Source of the DNA: Candidatus Fervidifonticultor sextus | GTDB lineage: Bacteria > Sysuimicrobiota > Sysuimicrobiia > Sysuimicrobiales > Humicultoraceae | Reading direction: 5' to 3' | DNA length: 14,149 nucleotides | NCBI GenBank assembly: GCA_031459875.1 | Contig: JAVKHQ010000013.1 | Coordinates: 63,714-77,862 of the forward strand | Shown here: positions 6,112-14,149 of the stretch, piece by piece | Numbering within the stretch: position 1 is the stretch's first letter | Layout of the letters: the number at the start of each line of letters is the position of its first letter | The notes under the pieces: model-generated | What the model saw: the letters and a program-made list of their open reading frames with translations, nothing else | Told to the model about the DNA's origin: nothing | Database searches by the model: none | Program-made: the position numbers and the translations under genes

Positions 6112-8396
6112 GGGGGAGGTGGTGCGGGTCAGGCGGTCGAGGTTGTCGTAGGCGTACTGGGTCGTCCCGGTGGGGTCGACCATGGTCAGCCGGTTGCTGT
6201 TGGGGTCATAGGTGTATGTGACGGCCTGGCCGCCGGCCGTGACGCTGGTGAGGCGGTTGGCCGCATCGTAGGTGTAGGTGTGGAGCTGGCCCTTGCGGTC
6301 GGTCATCCGGGTGCGGTTACCGACCTGGTCGTACTGGTAGGTGGTCCACCGCTGGAGGGCGTCCCGGACCCCGGTCAGCCGGTTGGCAGCGTCGTAGGTG
6401 AAGACCGTGGGGTAGCCGCGGGCGTTGGTGATCTGGGTGAGGTTGGAGACCGCGTCGTACTGGTAGGCGGTCTGGCCGCCCAGGGGATCGGTGATGCGGA
6501 TCAGGCGGTCCCGGGGGTCGTAGGTGAAGGTCGTGAGTTGCCCCTTGGCGTCCCAGGTGTGGGTGTGGTTCCCGTTCGCATCGTAGTCGTGAGTCACCGC
6601 ATAGCCCAGCGGGTCGGCCAGGCGTGTGACCAGCCGGCTGGCGTTGTAGTCGGTGGTCCAGGTGTTCCCGTTGCCGTCGCGCTTGGTGCGCTGGTCGTCG
6701 AAGGCGTCATAACCGAAGACGGTCGGCCCACCGGCCGGCGGGGTGATGCGCTGCACCTGGCGGCGGGGGTGTAGGTGTAGGTCCAGGTGGAGCCGCGCGG
6801 GTCGATGACCCGGTCCACGCCGCCCCAGGCGTTGTAGACGTACTGGGTGAGACTCTCGTCTGGTGTGCCCACCGCCTTGCGCACGTGGGTCAGGTTGTGC
6901 CGGGCATCATACGTGTACTCGGTCCGGATGCCGCGGGGGTTGGTCAGGCTGAGCTGGTTGTCGTAGGCATCCCAGGTGGCCGTGGTGGTCAGGTTCAGGG
7001 TGCCCGCAGCCCGGACGACCTGGGTGACCCTATTCCGGCTGTTGTACTGGAAGGTCGTCCGGTTCCCCCGGGCATCCGTGACCTGCGTGACGTTGTGGCG
7101 GTCGTCGTAGGCATACTGGGTGACGTTGCCGAGCGGGTCGGTGACGCGCTCGACGTTGCCGACTTAGTTCTCGTCCTCGCCGGCATAGAGGTCGTAGGTC
7201 GTGGCGTGCCCGCGGGCGTTGGTGACCACGGTGCGGGTGACGCGCGAGCCGGAGGCGGTGTAGGCATAAGTCGTCGCGGTCCCGTCGGGAGCGGTCACCC
7301 GGGCCACCCGGAAGGGCGCGTCGAGAGTGGCACGCTGCCAGGTGATGGTGGTGGTATACCCCCGGGCATTGGTGGCGCCGGTCAGCCCGAGGAAGCCGGG
7401 CGGGGCGAACCCCGCATAGGTGTAGCCGGTTGTCCGTCCCGCGCCGTTGACCGCGGAGGCCAATAGGCCTCCGGCGCCATAGGTATAGGTCGCCGTCCAG
7501 CCCCAGGGGTCGGTGATGCTCCGCACCCGGTAGGTCCACTTGTAGAGCGTGCAGGTGTCGTTGAGGCAGACCTGCTCGGCCCGCTCGTAGCCGTAGGTGG
7601 TCACGCGGCCGACCGGGTCGCGCACGCTGGCGATGTACGCCCGGTCCTGGTCGGGAAACGCAGTCCAGGCGAACGTGGTCGCGTTGCCGTTCGCGTCGCG
7701 TTCTTCCTCGATCAGGCCGGGGGTTGCGCCGGGGTCCGCGTTGACCTGGTTGGGCGCCGGGTTCTGCCGGAACCGGCGCACCAGCCCCTTGGGGAGGAAG
7801 ACCATGTACAATCCGTCCCAGGTGCACTCCGGCGCTGTCAGTCTTGCCGGGGACCGGGAGGCGGGGGAGGGCGCGGGTCGGCGCGCCCGCTGGTCGGCCG
7901 GCGTGGGCTGAGGCGAGGGCGCGTTGGGCCCTTCAGGGATTCCGGGGACGCAGGTGTAATGGACCTCGAGCGTGCTGTAGGTGCCGACGGGCTTGGCCGG
8001 CCCCTGCACGGGCATACCCGGCCGAGCGCTACCGCCGGTGCCCTTCAGGTACACATCCCACCTCTCGCTCTGGTCGGCGTTCCACCGCGTGGTGGAGTAG
8101 ACATACACCGCCCGGTTCCCGTCCGGCTCGCGCACACCGAGCCCCTGGCTCACGCTGGTGACATCCAGCAGGTGGTTGAACTGCCAGGAACTGCCGCCGA
8201 CGCCGTCGATGGTGATCTCCGGGGTCTGCTGCTCGGGCTGCTGGCCCAGGGGGTCTTCGGGGACCGGTAGCGGGGGCGCCGGGGTGTCGGCGGCACGGGC
8301 CCTGGGGGCGAACCGGGGCGACAGGGAGACGGCCAGGAAGATGGCCGCGATGTCAAGCGTCAGGCTGCATGTGCCGGGGCGTTTCGGTGCGCGCAT
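6112..8396 (-). pseudogene. Rhs/YD-repeat protein pseudogene with signal peptide-like N-terminus; nonsense codon, frameshift and 3' truncation
   Basis: ATG at 8396 with GGGGGAG SD. Many YD repeats (e.g. TYDPRDRLIRITDPLGGQTAYQYDAVSNLTQITNARG). In-frame TAA at 7166-7164 with repeats continuing in the same frame; 1-nt loss at G5 6765-6769; repeats end abruptly at LDRLTRTTSP (6112). No repeat-associated core or toxin domain. Confidence 0.9.
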
Positions 8397-8646
8397 GGCC
8401 GCTCCCCCCGCACGATGCCAGTGCCGGGACCCCCTTTGGCAGGTGGCCGAGAGCACAGAGGTAAAGAGGCGCAAGCCGGAAGAGCAGAACCTGAGATTAG
8501 GATCAGGAGTAGGTCGAATCGGCCCTCTGCCCTCTTTCTTGGTCTTCGACAAGCAGTACCAAACTTCCTCCTCGCGGTTGACAGCGGGGACGAGCCCATC
8601 TCCGCGTGAGGTGGAATCCGACCCGTGGAACGCCCTGCCGGCCTCC

Positions 8647-8655
8647 TGGTATACT
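8647..8655 (+). promoter_or_regulatory. Extended -10 promoter of the uvrB-uvrA-uvrC cluster
   Basis: TGgTATACT followed by T6 and ATG 8662. Confidence 0.7.
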
Positions 8656-8661
8656 TTTTTT

Positions 8662-10803
8662 ATGCCCGTGTTCCGGATGGTCACCGACATGCCCCCGCGC
8701 GGCGATCAGCCCAAGGCGATCGCCCAGTTGACCGAGAGCATCCTCGCGGGGAACCGGTTCCAGACGCTGCTGGGCGTCACCGGGTCGGGCAAGACGTACA
8801 CCATCGCCCGCGTCATCGAACAGGTCCAGCGTCCGACCCTGGTCCTGGCCCACAACAAGACCCTGGCGGCCCAACTCTACAGCGAGTTCCGGGAGTTCTT
8901 CCCCCACAACGCGGTCCGCTACTTCGTTTCGTACTACGACTACTACCAGCCCGAGGCGTACGTCCCGCAGACCGACCTCTACATCGCCAAGGACGCCTCC
9001 ATCAACGACGAGATCGACCGGCTCCGCCACGCCAGCACCAAGGCGTTGATGGAGCGCCGCGACGTCATCGTCGTCGCCTCAGTCTCGTGCATCTACGGCC
9101 TGGGACGACCTGAGGACTACAAGGAGGTCATGCTGCTCATCCGGAAGGGCGAGCGCCGCACGCGCGAGGAGATCGTCCGCCGCCTGGTGGAGGTCCAGTA
9201 CGAGCGCAACGACATCGACTTCGCCCGCGGGCGCTTCCGGGTGCGGGGCGACGTCATCGAGGTCTTTCCGGCCTACGAGGATCGCGCGGTCCGCATCGAC
9301 CTCTTCGGCGATGAGGTCGAGCGCATCATCGAACTCGACCCGCTGACCGGCGAGGTCATCGAGGCCAAGGACGCCGTCGCGCTGTGGCCGGCGAAGCACT
9401 GGGTGACCACCGAGGACCGGCTGGAGCGGGCGCTGGCGACCATCGAGGCCGAACTCCAGGAGCGCCTGGCTTGGTTCCGCGCCCAGGGCAAGCTCCTGGA
9501 GGCGCAGCGCCTGGAGTTCCGCACGCGCTACGACATGGAGCTGCTCCGGGAGGCGGGCACCTGCCCCGGCATCGAGAACTACTCGCGCCACCTGGACGGT
9601 CGGAATCCCGGCGAGCGGCCCGGCTGCCTGCTGGACTACTTCCCCCGCGACTTCCTGTTGGTCGTCGACGAAAGCCACGTGACGATCCCCCAGGTCCGCG
9701 GGATGCTGGAAGGCGATCGGTCGCGCAAGAAGAACCTGGTGGACTTCGGGTTTCGCCTGCCGTCGGCCTACGACAACCGGCCGCTGTCGTGGGAGGAGTT
9801 CGAATCGCTCATCCCCCAGGCCGTCTTCATGTCGGCCACGCCGGACGAATACGAACGGTCGGTGAGCGCGACGATCGTCGAGCAGATCGTGCGGCCTACC
9901 GGCCTGGTGGACCCCTACGTGGAGGTCCGGCCGGCCCGGGGCCAGGTCGACGACCTCATCGCCGAGATCAAAGCCCAGGTCGAGCGCGGCGAGCGGACGT
10001 TGGTGACCACGCTGACCAAGCGCATGGCCGAGGACCTCAGCGCCTACCTTCAGGAACTGGGGTTCAAGGTCCACTACCTGCACGCCGAGATCGACACCCT
10101 GCAGCGCGTGCAGATCCTCAAGGACCTGCGGCTGGGGACCTACGACGTGATCGTGGGGATCAACCTCCTGCGCGAAGGCCTGGACCTGCCCGAGGTCTCC
10201 CTGGTGGCGATCCTGGACGCCGACCGCGAGGGCTACCTGCGCAGCGAGACGGCGCTGATTCAGACCATGGGCCGGGCCGCCCGGCACATCTCGGGCCGGG
10301 TGATCCTCTACGCGGACGAGACCACCGACTCCATGCGCCGGGCCATCGCCGAGACCAACCGCCGCCGCAAGATCCAGCTCCGGTACAATGAGGAGCACGG
10401 GATCGCGCCGGCCTCGATCACCAAGCCGATCCGGGACATGATCGACCTGCAGGAGGTTTCCGAGGAGATCGCCTCCTACCAGCCGTCGGCCGAACTGCTC
10501 ACGGCCGAGGAACTGATCAAACTGGCCGAGACCCAGCGGGCGAAGGTCCCGTGGGACGTGGCCCGGCTGCTCATGCTCTCGCCCGCGGAACTGGAACAGA
10601 CCATCGAGGCCCTGGAGCGCGCCATGCGCCAGGCCGCAGCCGAATTGCAGTTCGAGAAGGCGGCGGTGCTGCGCGACCAGATCGCGGAGTTGCGCAAGGG
10701 GCTGGGGGAGCCGTTCTTCGCGCCGGCGAGGCGGGGAGGACGCCGGGCCGCCGGCCGCGCGCGGGCGGGGACGCCGAGGGGGCGGGACCCGCGCCGCCGG
10801 TAG
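8662..10803 (+). CDS. uvrB: Excinuclease ABC subunit B
   Basis: 713 aa from ATG 8662 ([20 protein letters not shown]). GVTGSGKT Walker [14 protein letters not shown] beta-hairpin, [27 protein letters not shown]-terminal UVR domain ([20 protein letters not shown]). Confidence 0.98.
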   Translation: MPVFRMVTDMPPRGDQPKAIAQLTESILAGNRFQTLLGVTGSGKTYTIARVIEQVQRPTLVLAHNKTLAAQLYSEFREFFPHNAVRYFVSYYDYYQPEAYVPQTDLYIAKDASINDEIDRLRHASTKALMERRDVIVVASVSCIYGLGRPEDYKEVMLLIRKGERRTREEIVRRLVEVQYERNDIDFARGRFRVRGDVIEVFPAYEDRAVRIDLFGDEVERIIELDPLTGEVIEAKDAVALWPAKHWVTTEDRLERALATIEAELQERLAWFRAQGKLLEAQRLEFRTRYDMELLREAGTCPGIENYSRHLDGRNPGERPGCLLDYFPRDFLLVVDESHVTIPQVRGMLEGDRSRKKNLVDFGFRLPSAYDNRPLSWEEFESLIPQAVFMSATPDEYERSVSATIVEQIVRPTGLVDPYVEVRPARGQVDDLIAEIKAQVERGERTLVTTLTKRMAEDLSAYLQELGFKVHYLHAEIDTLQRVQILKDLRLGTYDVIVGINLLREGLDLPEVSLVAILDADREGYLRSETALIQTMGRAARHISGRVILYADETTDSMRRAIAETNRRRKIQLRYNEEHGIAPASITKPIRDMIDLQEVSEEIASYQPSAELLTAEELIKLAETQRAKVPWDVARLLMLSPAELEQTIEALERAMRQAAAELQFEKAAVLRDQIAELRKGLGEPFFAPARRGGRRAAGRARAGTPRGRDPRRR

Positions 10804-10818
10804 TTCGAGGGGAGCGCC

Positions 10819-13737
<2,919 letters not shown>

Positions 13738-13742
13738 CCGAA

Positions 13743-14149
13743 ATGGCCTCGGAGGCCCTTCAGACCACCCTGCGCCTGCTCCCGCCGCGGCCCGGCGTCT
13801 ACCTGTTCAAGGATGCCGCGGGCCGCGTCCTCTACGTGGGCAAGGCGGCCTCGCTGCGCGCCCGCGTCCGCCAGTACTTCCAGGATCCGGAGTCCCAGGC
13901 CAACCCCCGCCTGCGGCTGCTGGTCCCCAGGATCGCCGATGTGGACACGGTCGTCACGGCCAACGAGGTCGAGGCCCTCATCCTCGAGACCAACCTCATC
14001 AAGCAGCACCAGCCTCCCTACAACATCCGGATGGCCGACGACAAGGCCTATCCGTATATCAAGTTGACCAACGAGCCCTACCCGAAGATCGTCATGACGC
14101 GCCGGGTGCTGCGCGACGGCGGCCGGTACTTCGGGCCGTATCCTTACCA
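13743..14149 (+). CDS. uvrC: Excinuclease ABC subunit C, N-terminal GIY-YIG domain (runs off the right edge)
   Basis: ATG 13743, 5 nt after the uvrA stop: MASEALQTTLRLLPPRPGVYLFKDAAGRVLYVGKAASLRARVRQYF...EVEALILETNLIKQHQPPYNIRMADDKAYPYIKLT...YFGPY. Confidence 0.96.
   Translation, partial: MASEALQTTLRLLPPRPGVYLFKDAAGRVLYVGKAASLRARVRQYFQDPESQANPRLRLLVPRIADVDTVVTANEVEALILETNLIKQHQPPYNIRMADDKAYPYIKLTNEPYPKIVMTRRVLRDGGRYFGPYPY

Noticed and set aside
6765..6769. Phase variation or programmed frameshift at G5 in the Rhs gene
   Set aside because: The run is short, and the gene also has an upstream stop and a 3' truncation, so decay is the simpler explanation.
8555..8567. AGTACCAAACTTC as a LexA box
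   Set aside because: It mismatches GAAC/GTAC-N4-GTTC in the conserved right half and lies about 80 nt from the uvrB -10.
8578..8583. Perfect TTGACA -35 hexamer
   Set aside because: No -10-like hexamer 16-18 nt downstream.
8636..8655. TGCCGG...TATACT as a mycobacterial PafBC/RecA-NDp promoter
   Set aside because: One mismatch and 8-nt rather than 10-nt spacing; absent at polA.
8158..8661. 168-aa N-terminal extension of UvrB in the ORF track
   Set aside because: UvrB homology starts at ATG 8662, directly after a -10 element; the extension overlaps the Rhs 5' end on the other strand.
8397..8690. Upstream extension of the Rhs ORF to 8690
   Set aside because: It overlaps the uvrB start; ATG 8396 has an SD and begins a signal peptide-like sequence.

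Overview
High-GC bacterial chromosomal window. Left to right: the 3' end of an unidentified CDS, tRNA-Leu(CAA), and an ECF sigma factor with its own ECF-type promoter. Next is a zinc-binding (HxxxCxxC) anti-sigma factor fused to a DUF4349-like domain, then polA and coaE. A decayed accessory patch (about 5880-8400) follows, in which a truncated PilX-like prepilin gene (+) and an Rhs/YD-repeat pseudogene (-) are joined tail to tail at a G7 run. The window ends with uvrB-uvrA-uvrC (uvrC cut by the edge). Most notable: (1) Pol I carries Asp instead of Glu at the steric gate (DYSQIDLR), has two further active-site motif changes and lacks 3'-5' exonuclease carboxylates; (2) polA and uvrB both appear leaderless, behind near-identical TGnTATACT elements; (3) the Rhs gene has a nonsense codon, a frameshift and a deletion junction that removed its toxin end; (4) the anti-sigma appears to have two membrane anchors. 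I see no clearly new multi-gene system. All family assignments are from motif recognition by eye, with no database search.
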